Assembly: GCA_951406725.2 (NCBI GenBank)
Contig: OX597829.1
Location: forward strand, 55,552,001-55,616,000
Reading direction: 5' to 3'
DNA: 64,000 nucleotides
Source: Octopus vulgaris
Lineage: Eukaryota
Shown: positions 1 through 12,104 of the stretch, piece by piece
Layout: every line of letters begins with the position of its first letter
How positions within the stretch are numbered: position 1 is the first letter of the stretch
Translations under genes and position numbers: made by a program
The notes under the pieces: generated by a model
Seen by the model: the letters and a program-made list of their open reading frames with translations, nothing else
Told to the model about the DNA's origin: nothing
Database searches by the model: none

Positions 1-941
1 TGACTTTGTCTTTCATCCTTTTCAAGTTCATAAAATAACAGAACTGGGGTTGATGGAATCAACTTCCCAACTTCTTTGAAGTTACTGGCCTTGTGCCAAA
101 ATTTGAAACCAATATTAATATATTTGAAACTTTAAGAGTATTCTTGGATGAGATACCATTTTATTTTTTACTGTAAAAATTAATGTGTTACCTAAGTTTA
201 CTTATATACAACTAAACACATTTCTCTGCATCTTCATTGTGCAATACAAGATCTGCAGAAGAGAATGGTTTTTGCACCAGAAGGCATCTCAACAAAATTT
301 AACTGTTCATAATTAATTCAGGCCAAATTCTAAGTTTAATTGGTAATTAGGGTCTGATTCTGTTCCCAACGATGACTTCATTACTACTTTTTAATATTAA
401 CTTGATGGACATGTATAATATGAAATATTTTACAGATTTTAACCATTAGTGTCTAGCATGTCTATGTATGTATTTTTGGAACATACACCCAAATCATGTG
501 AAAGAATATATAAATATTTTATTGAAGAAATAAGATTTGTTCAGGACTGCTTCAATACTTAATGTATCTCATCTGTTCCACAAGTTCAACATCATGTACT
601 GACTACTTAGTTTTTTTAAGACTATACACTTATGTGTGTGTGGTGTGTGTGTGTGATGGACCCTTCTGTTGTAATTGACAGATGAGGGATATATTGATTC
701 ACTCCCTCTCTCAAATCAACATTGCTTTTATGTACGCACTGTGCACCACATATTAAACGTCAAAGTCATCACACAGCAACATGAAATGGAATGATTTGCC
801 CAAGAACACAATACAATACCCAGTTGAGAAATTAAAACAACTATCTCATGACTATGATATATGCTAACCACTAGGTCATGAGCCTTCACAAATATAGAAT
901 CCATGTTGGCATTGAAGAAGGACATTAAAATGATGATGATG

Positions 942-972
<31 letters not shown>

Positions 973-1152
973 CATCTGGAATGGCTGGATAACTGAAGAG
1001 ATGGTGGTGTGGATTTCCACCTTGGCATCCGAAACTCAGAGTTTTACCTTGGCTACCGAATAATTGTCACATATTACAGTTACAGATAAATTCCTCAATT
1101 TTCATAATATTGAGGTCTCTTTCTTTCTTTTGTTATCTTACTGTTTTTACCA

Positions 1153-1156
<4 letters not shown>
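973..1156 (+). mobile_element. Short non-coding element in a (TA)n tract with a hammerhead-like motif (Penelope/retrozyme-type relic)
   Basis: GGATAA-CTGAAGA(993-999)-GATG..CATC-C-GAAAC(1031)-TCAGA-GTT-TTACC; (TA)n on both sides. Confidence 0.6.
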
Positions 1157-1192
<36 letters not shown>

Positions 1193-2175
1193 TAAAGCAG
1201 TATGTGTAGTTAACATAGGTACAATGCCAATTATTTAAAAAAAGTATAGAGGAACAATTAAATCAAAATACTCAGTACTTTGATTCCAGAAATATAAATG
1301 GTAAAGACAACTTTAACAAGATTTGAATCTAAAGAGCTGGAAGAGAATGTGCAAGATATTTTTCGTTAATGCTTTAACGATTCAGTCAACCTGCCATCTG
1401 TTTTTCTGTTAATCTATAATTTAATATTTGAGTGTGTATGTATGTATGTATGTATGTATTTATATATATCTTGATCACTCTATGTTACCAGAACATAAAA
1501 ATACATCGAGAGACATAATATATTCTACATTACATTTTCAGTAATCACAACATCACAGTGTAGGTATTTCTACTTAAATTTTACCATATAAACAATTTCT
1601 ACATTCGTATTATTATTATATAAGCACCTACATCACTACCACTATATAAGCTCATTATACACCCATATCACTTCTACATTCACACTTTTGTCTTATGAAA
1701 TTAACATTTATCTACTTTCTGTTTCCTTGAAAGCTGCTGTTTACCTTGATGTTAGCCTTGATCGAACAGGCTCAAAGTCCCACCAGCTATGAACATTCTG
1801 TTTTTTTATTATTATTATTATTATTATTTTAGGTGTCATGTATCTCAGACTGTACCATCTGATGTCTCCATTGTTAAGCCCATAAGGTGTAGTTTGAAGG
1901 AGATTTGGATGCTACTTGTAGCAGTTTGAGTGACCATATGGACATTTCTCCCTGTTGGTTTGTTTTCAAACCTGTTATTTCAGTTGCTATTTTATCATAC
2001 ATTTATCATAGTTCACGTTATTGTCCTTGTGAGCACAACTTTGGTCAGTGTTAAATGACTTTTCTTCCTTAATTAGTTATACTTATTCCAGATATTGCAG
2101 AATATAGAAAGTATCTTAATGACTTCAAATGTTAATTATAAAATTGTTCTCATTATCTTTATCCTCTAAATGTAG

Positions 2176-2310
2176 TTGATGAAGACGTAGCCTTCTGTAA
2201 AAGTGAAAACAACTGTCACCACACGGCCAAATGTGTAGATTATGCAACAGGATATTGCTGCCAGTGCTCTTCCGTAGCTTATGGCAATGGAATCAAATGT
2301 TTGAAAATAG
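2176..2310 (+). CDS. nid: Nidogen exon: EGF repeat preceding G2
   Basis: tag|...|gtaag, phase 1-1; DEDVAFCKSENNCHHTAKCVDYATGYCCQCSSVAYGNGIKCLKI resembles the vertebrate nidogen-1 'CRDYATGFCCSC' EGF. Confidence 0.95.
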
Positions 2311-3592
2311 GTAAGATGCTTGAATTTTGTTCTTAGTCTACATCAGGTTGTCAATAAACTGGGGTAAACTCTGTGTGTGGTAAAAATGAAATTCTTGGGA
2401 GTAATGAAAACTCATTAAACATAAGTAAAATCATATAAAAAAACCATGTTCTTTCAACAAACCTTTTGAGTTCAAAGAATCTATGATTTCCTTCCTTTCA
2501 AATCAAGTGGGTAAAGACTTAAATAAATGTATTTTGGGGTAATTTGTTAAAAAAGTTCCCCAATCCCTGGTCTACATATTATGGGAAAAAAACAAAATTA
2601 GTAGGAATATCAAAAGTTCAGAAATGTAAAAATGTCCACAAATCTTTTAATTAATCATTTGTAAAGTGATTCAGATTATTAGAATTATCTATGTTATGCT
2701 TATGTCTTGGCTTTTATGAATTTTATTGATTCTATAATGGGATGGAGAATTCTTCAAATTCGATATTTGCATATGCTGTTGAAACATAGATCATTGGGAC
2801 GGGAGAGTTGTTCCTGTTTTGGAGTTAAGCCAATTGACACAATTTAAGTTGTGATCAATTCCCAACAAATTCCATAAAATAACCCAGGCAGAGTATGAAC
2901 TCATGATGTTCTCAACACCAAGTATTAAATGTAAATTAAAGGAAGGGGATTGATGCATGTTTGTCCACAAGATAATCTATTCTGAATAATGTCTCAACAA
3001 TTATGTACAAAACTCCAAATAGACCTACATCTATTGTTGATAATAGCATAAAAGTTAATCTGAAAGTCAGTTTCTTTACTCTGATATTTGTGGATCTAAC
3101 AGCGGAATGTATGAAATGATTTTCCTCTTGAAAAGATATATGTATAAATGCATAATACAAATTTCTACCATTAGGCCGTTTCCTAACAACAAATGTAAAC
3201 TGGTGCCGAGAAGAAATCTACCAAATACCGAAACAAATGCAATGGATTTGATCCCATGTCTTTTGCTTTCATTATTGATGTGGCTCTTTATTTTGTACAT
3301 TGGCCCTTCTCAGATCACATAAAATCCAGTGAGACCATGCAACAAATCGAGTTTGATGTGATTAATAATAAAGGCAAAATCCTGACCAGTATAATTACTG
3401 CACATTAAATGCATTCTTTCTTAATGGTAGCACACTTATTCGCATAAACAAAGAGGTGTGGGTTCAAGTACCACACAGATGGGGGAAAAAACCTAATTTT
3501 TTCTGTCAAAGGCTTATATGCTCCATTATTAGACTATTTTCTTCAGTCATAACACAGTGATTATTGCTATAAGCTTTAAGCTTCTAAAATAC

Positions 3593-3646
<54 letters not shown>

Positions 3647-3996
3647 TTAGAGATAAAACCACTATTAGGCAAATCAAACAGTGAAAAACATAAGCCAATA
3701 CATAAAATTAATTTAAAAATATAAAAGTTAAAAATAAAAAATTATTTAAATAATTTAAACTTATAAATTTTATATATATATACAAATATATATATATATA
3801 TATATGTATGTATATTTTTATATTTATATATTATTTTATTAATTAATTAATTAATTTTTTTTTTTATAAATCAAAAGTATTAAAAGTTTAATAAAAGATA
3901 TATATATATATATCAATAGATAGATGGATCTTAAATTTATTAATGAAGATAATACTATTGAAACCAAGATATTTGATCAATGTACTTTTATTTCAG

Positions 3997-4233
3997 AACA
4001 TCCTCAACAACTTAACGGCAGAATTACTCTGACTCTAAATAAAACCAGATCATTTAACTTGAACAGACATTCATACATCATAATAACTAGCGGACGTGCC
4101 TACACTGTTGTCAGCTCAATTGCTCAAGAAACTGGTCTTTCGGTCATTTTATTGGATGGCATAAACAGTTTCCTTGGGTTCTTATTTGGCACCATAGAAA
4201 CTGGAACTTCCAAAAATGGATATATGATAACAG
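3997..4233 (+). CDS. nid: Nidogen exon: G2 beta-barrel part 1
   Basis: tttcag|...|gtaag; HPQQLNGRI...HSYIIITSGRAYTVVS...KNGYMITG resembles nidogen PQRVNGKV..HSYVV..GRSYTAIS..KNGFSITG. Confidence 0.96.
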
Positions 4234-4489
4234 GTAAGTGGGAAAATATTCTTGAACTCTTAGAAGGTAATCAATCATTGTAGTCCATCATCATTTTTTT
4301 CTTTTAATGTCTGTATTTCCATGTTGGCATGAGTTGGATGGTTCAACAGGAATTGGCAAGTCGAAGGGCTGCACTTGCCCCAGCTGTCTGCTTTGGCATG
4401 GTTTCTGTAGGTGGATGTCCTTCTTATCATTAGTCACTTTCCAGAGCCTACTGGGTGCTTTTAGATGTGGTACCAGCATGGATGCTTTT

Positions 4490-4713
4490 ATATATATTCG
4501 TTTACTCTTTTACTTGTTTCAGTCATTTGACTGCGGCCATGCTGGAGCACCACCTTTAGTCGAAGAAATTGACCCCAGGACTTATTCTTTGTAAGCCTAG
4601 TACTTACCCTATTGGTCTCATTTGCCAAACTGCTAAGAGACCAATTGGTTGTCAAGCAGAGGCAGGAGATACACAGACACACAGACACACACACACACAT
4701 GCACACACATACA

Positions 4714-4748
<35 letters not shown>

Positions 4749-4910
4749 GACAGGTTTCTTTCAGTTTCCATCTACCAAATCCACTCACAAGGCTTTGGTT
4801 GGCCCAAGGCTATAGTAGAAGGCACTTGCCCAGAGTGCCACACAGAGAGACTGAACCCAGAACCATATGGTTGGAAAGCAAGCTTCTTACCACACAGCCA
4901 TGCCTGTGCC
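4490..4910 (-). mobile_element. tRNA-derived SINE, family B
   Basis: Reverse complement of the family at 9503 and 45565 (GGCTGTGTGGTAAGAAGCTTGCT...CTTGGGCAAGTG); internal (CA)/(TACA) tract. Confidence 0.8.
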
Positions 4911-4948
4911 TATATATATTCATATATTTATTCGTAAATTTATGTTAA

Positions 4949-5126
4949 CCCTTTTGTTAGCATGTTTCTGTTGAGATGCTCTGTGTTTCTTTTAATCATT
5001 TAGCTAGTGTTTGGAACATAAATTGTGACTAAGGTTTGGTGGAAGAATTTAATTCAAAACTTTTGAAAAGAAGACATTTGTACTACAGAGCCAGAGGCAG
5101 TTTCAGCTGGGTTGGTATCAAAAGGG
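4949..5126. mobile_element. piggyBac-type MITE
   Basis: TTAA|CCCTTTTG...CAAAAGGG|TTAA; related copy at 11716-11894. Confidence 0.8.
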
Positions 5127-5417
5127 TTAAAGACACTTTATCAAATAGATTTTTTTAATCAGTTTATTTAGTATATGAGGTGAAATAGTTAATGGTAGAT
5201 CAGTTTATGGAACATCATCTCCTTTTTATAAAAAAAAAGCAAAAAAGAGATGATTAAATTTCATTGTGTATCTCTGTAAAATTTATCCGAAATGATTTCA
5301 CCCAGGATACAAAGCCAAAGTAAAATGTACAATTGCCAAATTTTTAAAGAACTTAAAGAATTGATTTGTATTAGTGTCTCGTTGAATTTCAAGAAATATT
5401 TCCCTATTTCCTTCAAG

Positions 5418-5615
5418 GTGGAGATCTGAATCACACTGCTAAGGTAACATTTGAGACTGGAGAAGAAATTTTAATCAGGCAAAGGTTTTTCAGCCAGGAT
5501 ACTGATCTACACATGCGAGCTGAGACAAATATCACAGGAACTTTGCCATGGATACGCAGTGGTGCAGTGATAGTTATAGATATGTATAATGAAGACTTTG
5601 TCCATACGGAACCTG
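5418..5615 (+). CDS. nid: Nidogen exon: G2 part 2
   Basis: caag|...|gtaag, phase 1-1; GGDLNHTAKVTFETGEEILIRQRF...GTLPWIRSGAVIVIDMYNEDFVHTEP. Confidence 0.95.
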
Positions 5616-6006
5616 GTAAGTAACTTTCCCTATTCACTTCACTGCAAAAATTACTCTTTTTATGCCTCAGCTATGTAAAAATTAAAAATAACATTAATTC
5701 CTAGGATAATAATAATGGTATGACAATTTATCCTGTAGAAGTTTGTATCTTTTTATGTTAATGTATGGCTGTATTTTCTTAATACTTTTTAATATATAAG
5801 TTGTTATAAATGACAGTTTTCTCCCAACTTATTCTTTGCCCACTACATCATTATCTTACTTTAATTTTTCCTCACTTTTTTTTACTTTTTCTTTCTCTTA
5901 CTACTATTTTTTCTCTCTTATTCCCAAAATGGTTTGTTTAGCTTTGTTTATATGTTTTTCTCCTTTCCAATCTCTTTTACTAATTTCATTTTCTATATCA
6001 CAATAG

Positions 6007-6225
6007 GTGTGTTACGTGCCCGAACTACTCGTGTTTACCGAGTTGATGGTGTTGGCAAGAAATACACTTGGGAACAAAAAGTTGAATTTCACGAATGCAT
6101 ACACGACCCTTCAATCAACAGGCCACAAGTATTTAGACATAGCATCAAAAAAATATATTATGGATACAGACAAGACAAACAAACAATCAGCTTTATTGCT
6201 GCCAGTGGTGTCCGAACTATTAAAG
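6007..6225 (+). CDS. nid: Nidogen exon: G2 part 3
   Basis: atag|...|gtaaa; GVLRARTTRVYRV...YTWEQKVEFHECIHD resembles nidogen YQWRQTITFQECVHD. Confidence 0.95.
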
Positions 6226-7852
6226 GTAAAATATTCTTATTTAAATTATTTTTCTGCATATTATTCCTCATAAATTTCTAAATCTCTGTAGTTTCAAATT
6301 ACCATTATCTATTGGGAGACTTTTGTGATTTAAGCAAAATTATTTTCATGAATTCGTGTTCTTCAAAAATCATCACTTAATGTCCATGTTCCAAGCTGAC
6401 ATGCATTGGACAGTTTGACAGGATCTGATGAACTTAAGGACTGCATCAAGCTCCACTGTCTGTTTTGGCATGGTTTCTATGGCTGAATGCCTTTCCTAAT
6501 GCCAACCACATAAGAGAATGTACTGGGTGCTTTATTTGTATCATGCAGCTCATAAGAGTACAAACCTGAAGGGGAAGGGAGTCAGCTTCATGCTGGGAAT
6601 TGAAGGGATACAATGTGAAATGGGGGGGGGGGGGACAAAGATGGCTCTTGTAGAAGAGCTGCACGGTTACTCACATTTTGTAGGGAAGGAAGAGGAATGG
6701 CCAGTAGGAGCTGTGAAGAGAAAGATATTAGAGATGAGGTGTTCAGGTGAGTAAAAGGGAGTGGGTGAAGAGTCTTCAAGAGTGAATGGGGGTGCAAGAG
6801 ATGGCAAGATGAAGGGGCAGCCTACAAATGTAAAAAAAAAATGGTTAGGTAGAGATGAAGGAAGATGACTTCTAAGTCATGAGTTGGGGAAGGACAAAGA
6901 GATGCAGGTGGGAATGCGTAAGGTGGTGGAGAATGGCTGGATAGCGATAGAATTGACAGGTGGAAGGCAAAGAAGAAAAATGACAAAATGGGGGTAGGCT
7001 GCAGAGTGAGGGTAAGAGGTGGTGCATGGTGAGAGGTTGTTTGATTTATTGGGGTCAGAGGTAGGAAATCAATGTAATGAGTGAATGATAAAAAGCATAA
7101 TATATTCAATGCCTTTAGAACTTAGTTATGTTGAGGGGGAAAGATCTTTTTAAGAACCTTATGTTACCCATCAAGATCTTCTTAAGATCCTTATGTTACC
7201 CATCAAAATGGTTTTGTAGTAGTGAGACATAGACATTGTTTGTATAGTCTGGAGAGGAATCATTTGTGTAGAATTCATTCTTTATATATTGTTAACATTA
7301 AAGATGAAATAGAAGCAATCTGAGGAAGTGGTTGTACAGAAATGGTTGCTACCAATGAGTGCAGAGCAGATGACTGCCCTTATATGGTATGAATGGATGG
7401 TGAATGCTGGGTATTAAAAATAAATGACATGGAAGAAAGTGATGAGGGGAAGATTTTGCAGTATAATGCACAACAGTCACCACTTAAGTAGGTTTAAGAA
7501 AACTGTGGGTATTGTGCTGTGTTGTAGACCCATCAAACCCAAGTCAGCATGGAAAAGAACAAAACAAAACAAACCCAATCCAAACATTGAAAATTTGTTA
7601 ATGATGATAAGGAAGATGATTATTGATGATGTGTTGGCAACGACAACAACAACAATCCTTCTACATAAGGCAAGAAATTTTGCAGGGGTCTGGGGGCTAG
7701 TTGATTATGTCAACTGGTATGTATTTCATTCACCCCTAAATGATAGAAGGCAAAGCCAACTGTGGCAGAATTTGTACTCAGAACATAATTAATTTTGTCT
7801 GACAAGCTGGTGGTTTTGCCAGCTTGCCACCTTAATTATGATAACAACAACA

Positions 7853-8165
7853 AGAGGAAGATGAAGAAAGAAAAGTTGGGAGATATGAGAGGTTAGCTTG
7901 GGAAGTTAAGCAGTTGTGGTCGATGAAAAAGGTAGCAGTAGTACCAATAGTTATTGGAACAGTGGGCAAAAATCTCGAGAAGTATGTGGAACAAATAGGG
8001 GCTGCAATAAGGGTGGAGCGCTTGCAGAAAACAGCACTGCTTAGAACCGCTCGAATACTCCAGAACGTGCTCGAAAAATAAGAGGTGTTACCTTAGTTCA
8101 TTGGTAGTGAACAGCTGACACCTCCTGCATTAGAAGCTGTGCAAAGGCAATAATAACAATAATAG
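7853..8165 (+). mobile_element. 3' fragment of an R4/Dong-like (restriction-like endonuclease) non-LTR retrotransposon
   Basis: Reads EERKVGRYERLAWEVKQLWSMKKVAVVPIVIG...LQKTALLRTARILQNVLEK*; TAA-rich tail. Confidence 0.75.
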
Positions 8166-8179
8166 CAGTAATTATAATA

Positions 8180-8765
8180 GCTCTCATGGCTTCTGATCTT
8201 AACTGATTGGAAGTGTTATCATGTACATTGTTTTGTCTGGGCATAAAAGATGGGTTACAGCAAATATTCTGCTCAATAACACAGATCTGTTTGTCAGTTG
8301 TTTGACCTTAACTAGTTGAGCATGTCCCTTCGTGGCTGATGATATGTGCATCTCTGATCATGAGCAGAAGTGGTGGGTGAGCATCATAGCCATGTGTTGA
8401 GAGGGATTTTTGGGGTTTGAATAATTCACCTCGGGAAACATGGATGGTTCATTCAACATCCTTAAACAATCCTTATTCAGGGACCTTTTGAGCGGGATGG
8501 GCTACTCAACCTGAAGAAAATTCTAACTGGGCCCCACCTGCAAGGTCATGCACTGTTTATCTTGATTTGAGATTACTGTGTCATGCACTTATGGTTGTGA
8601 TGCATGTGCCTGATGTACCCTTATCAAACGGGTAGTCATGATGGGTATATTGGGCTTCGTATATTTTACCCCAGTGTCTCTTTGAGGGCATGCACTGCTC
8701 TTTCACTCAATAGTAATAATAATAATAATGATGATGATAATAATAATAATAATAATAATAATAAT
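8180..8765 (+). repeat. Unclassified interspersed repeat with (TAA)n tail, possibly a LINE 3' UTR
   Basis: GC-richer block bounded by TAA repeats, no ORF. Confidence 0.5.
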
Positions 8766-8960
8766 CCTGTCTACTAAAGGCGCAAGGCCTGAAATTTTAG
8801 GTGAGGGGGATAAGTTGATTACATTAATCCCCAGCACACAACCGGTCCTTATTTGACTGGCCCTGAAAAAATGTAAGCCAAAGTCAAACTCTGCATAATT
8901 TGATCTCAAAAGGTAATGTTGGGTGAAATGCCATGAAGCATCTTTGTCCAATGTTTCTGC
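8766..8960 (-). mobile_element. tRNA-derived SINE, family A (degenerate)
   Basis: Reverse complement of the family at 10047 and 37979. Confidence 0.65.
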
Positions 8961-9309
8961 CAGCTTACTGTGTTAATGTAATTAATAATAATGACAATGA
9001 TGCTGATGAAGATGATGACATCAATAATGATGACAACAACAACAATAATAATAATGATGACAAATATACAACTTATTAACCATTCCACATCTAGAAATGT
9101 TCTGATGGGTTCCATTTTGTTTGTTACTCTGATTACAAAGAGCAATGGCTCACTCTGCTAGAAGTATCTCATTAGAGCTGAACAAATGTCTTGGATAGGT
9201 TACCTAGAATAACGACTAATTGTCTCTCACCAAACGGACGTGTGCATGCAAATATTTAATTACCATTAATAAGCAAATTAACAGACCAAACAATGATTCT
9301 TTATTTCAG

Positions 9310-9426
9310 ATAGTGCCAGCTGTCAAGATGTTAATTGTGGAGACAATTCACGTTGTGTAGTTTCGGATGATAGCTACAGATGTGTATGTGATCACGGATA
9401 TGAAATGGAAAATTACGAGTGTAAAG
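9310..9426 (+). CDS. nid: Nidogen exon: rod EGF 1
   Basis: tttcag|...|gtgag; DSASCQDVNCGDNSRCVVSDDSYRCVCDHGYEMENYECK. Confidence 0.93.
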
Positions 9427-9502
9427 GTGAGATTTTTTTCATTAGAAATTTTAACATGTCTTTTATTGCTTATGTATGTGTTTTACATGCAAATATACAT
9501 CA

Positions 9503-9840
9503 GGCACAGGTGTGGCCGTGTGGTAAGAAGCTTGCTTACCAATCATATAGTTCTGGGTTCAGTTCTACTGCATGGCACCGTGGGCAAGTGTCTTCTACAA
9601 TAGCGTTGGGCTGACCAAAGCTTTGTGAGTGGATCTGGTAGATGAAAGAATCCTGTCATATATATGTGTGTGTGTGTGTGTCTGTTTGTCCTTGTAGCTT
9701 TGCAGTTTGGCAAAAGAGACTGATAGAATAAGTACTAGGCTTAAAAAAGAACAAGTCGTGGGGTTGATTTGTTTGACTAAAACCTTTCAAAGTGGTGCAC
9801 CAGCATGGCCACAGTCAAAATGACTGACACAAGTAAAAGA
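9503..9840 (+). mobile_element. tRNA-derived SINE, family B
   Basis: GGCACAGGTGTGGCCGTGTGGTAAGAAGCTTGCTT head with B-box-like GGTTCAGTTC; several copies in the window. Confidence 0.8.
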
Positions 9841-10046
9841 GAATCTGTGTATGTGCATTAATGTGTAAGGTCAATTACCATATGTGTTTTATTTGTAATT
9901 TTTATAAGTATTTCTGAGCTGAAGTGGGGGGGAGAAGGGGAGAGGTTTGATCTGTCTGTCTGTCCTTTAAACTGAACTTGGTGTATTTAGACTGCTTCAT
10001 GTGCAATCATCAACACCTTTAGCAATATAATATATAATTTTGATAT

Positions 10047-10255
10047 GGTGGTGAGCTGGCAGAATCGTTAGCACACAGGCAAAGTGCTTAGCGGTATTTC
10101 GTCTGTCTTTACGTTCTGAGTTCAAATTCTGTTGAGGTTCTTCATCCTTTCAACGTCAATAAATTAAGTACCAGTTGTGTATTGGTATTGAGGTTGATCT
10201 AATCGACTGGCCACCTCCCCAAGAATTTTGTGCCTTGTGCCTAGAGTAGAAAAGA
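10047..10255 (+). mobile_element. tRNA-derived SINE, family A
   Basis: GGTGGTGAGCTGGCAGAATCGTTAGC...GAGTTCAAATTC...CATCCTTTC. Confidence 0.8.
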
Positions 10256-10956
10256 GCTTATAATTTTGATATTATAGGTTGTGCTCCATCATAGTACAAA
10301 ATGCATGAGAACCTCTGAATGTCTTGTGAGTTCATGGATCAGCTTCTGGAAGGATTCTCTCTCAAGTGCCATGCTAGGCAAAAATTTTATTGAAGTATTG
10401 AAGGCTGCAGTTGCCTATACAGGAAGGGCTTCTCTCTCTATGTTACTGAGAAAGGGCCTATGATAACTTGGGTCATGATAGACACTACTGTCACATTGCA
10501 AAAGGCTGGACAGATATTCTGAGGCCAATATTCTTTTTTTTTTTTTTTTTGTGTGTGAAAGAGCAACTGTATTAAATTGAATTGATTTCAGTATTTACAA
10601 GTATTTGCAGTAGCTGGAACAAAGAGCAAGTACAACCTACAAAGCATTTAAAATAAAGTAATATTGAGTTAAATGTTTTCTGAAGTATTTACTCCTGTTT
10701 TCTTACAATATCAATTCTGTTGTGCTGTGACATCCTTTCTCTAAAATCTCTCAGAAATCAGCAGTTTTAGATGAAAAGAAAATGACAAGTTGCAATAGCC
10801 TTGTTTTTCTAAGGCTTTTAAGAATGTAATGATATCAATAAGGCCCAAACTGGGCTAAATGAACATATAATTTGAGACCATATGCAACAGAATATCAATG
10901 TAATATTAAAATAATATATCATTATAATAATAGAATAACATTTTCTTTAAAATTAG

Positions 10957-11079
10957 ATGTAAATGAATGTACTCAAAAAGTCTGCGGTGAAAATGAAGAA
11001 TGTTTCAACGAGCCTGGCTCCTATATGTGCCGTTGTATCACCGGATATGAATCTGAAGGAGGCAAATGCAAGAAACGAG
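10957..11079 (+). CDS. nid: Nidogen exon: rod EGF 2 (calcium-binding)
   Basis: ttag|...|gtatg; DVNECTQKVCGENEECFNEPGSYMCRCITGYESEGGKCKKR carries the D-V-N-E-C...C-x-N-x-x-G-S-Y cbEGF signature. Confidence 0.95.
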
Positions 11080-11715
11080 GTATGCAAATAATGAGATCTT
11101 TATTTTGTTGTTGTTGCTTAGTTCCAGGTTAGCTCTGATCAAGCAGATCTATGACTAAAAGCGTTCTTTTCAGTGACCACCCTGTCTTTTTAAGCGTTAT
11201 CTAAGACTACACTATCCAACGTATCTTTTCATTAAGAGTTAGTTTGTTATTTCCAAAGAGATTTTGTTGGTATTTCTTGTAAGCTAAATTGTACCATAGA
11301 AGAACCTCTTCTGGATAATTCATCTTCTGTTTTACTACATCGTACTAATGAACAAAATCTACAAAAGTTATTGCTGTAATTTTGTTCCCAGTAGTCCCCA
11401 GGCATTCCAGCTGTGACCATATCTGCTAAGTTCACCATCTACTGCCTTTTTTACCTACAAAATAGTTTTTAACTATTAATGGTGAGGTATTGTGGATATA
11501 TTTTCTCAGTAAACCTTCCTTGCAGTGAGATTTCCTGATGTGAATTGATGGCAGTGAACATATCTGTAATCAGCTGTGACAATCCTCTTCTTATTTACAT
11601 ATCTGGTAGATCTTACAGCTGCATTATTCAATATGTTCATTCCTTTTTTAGACAATAGGTTGTAATTTGAGGGAGATTTGGATGGTTTCTAACAATCTCC
11701 CATCATTTGGCTTAA

Positions 11716-11894
11716 CCCTTTCGTGACTGTATTTATTTTGAGATGCTCTGAGTATCTTTTAATTACTTTAAATATAACAAAGGAACATAAATTGTGACTA
11801 AGGTTTGGTGGAAGATTTTGATTCAAAACTTATGAAAACAAGACATTTGTACTCAAAGCCAGAGGCGGTTTCAGCTGGTTTGGTAACGAATGGG
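11716..11894. mobile_element. piggyBac-type MITE
   Basis: TTAA|CCCTTTCG...CGAATGGG|TTAA; internal similarity to 4949-5126. Confidence 0.8.
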
Positions 11895-11987
11895 TTAATG
11901 TATATAATTGAGTTTGTTGATAAAAAAGTGCTTTTCTGATTATGTAGAAATGAAATGTCTGTTAAAATGTAATCTTTCTCTTTTTAG

Positions 11988-12104
11988 ACTGCCCTGAACA
12001 ATGTCATGAACATGCTCAGTGTGTCTATAATTATAATACTCGGTCTCCCAAATGTGAGTGCAATGCAGGCTTCAGAGGTGATGGACATTACTGTGAACTT
12101 ATAG
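11988..12104 (+). CDS. nid: Nidogen exon: rod EGF 3 (contains RGD)
   Basis: tttag|...|gtaat; DCPEQCHEHAQCVYNYNTRSPKCECNAGFRGDGHYCELI. Confidence 0.94.
   Translation, partial: TALNNVMNMLSVSIIIILGLPNVSAMQASEVMDITVNL

Noticed and set aside
2936-3400. Short overlapping ORFs with hydrophobic stretches and a faint Cys-loop-receptor-like RP..V...TL..VD pattern
   Set aside because: Stops in every frame, no consistent splice sites and no downstream family motifs; a BLASTx would be needed
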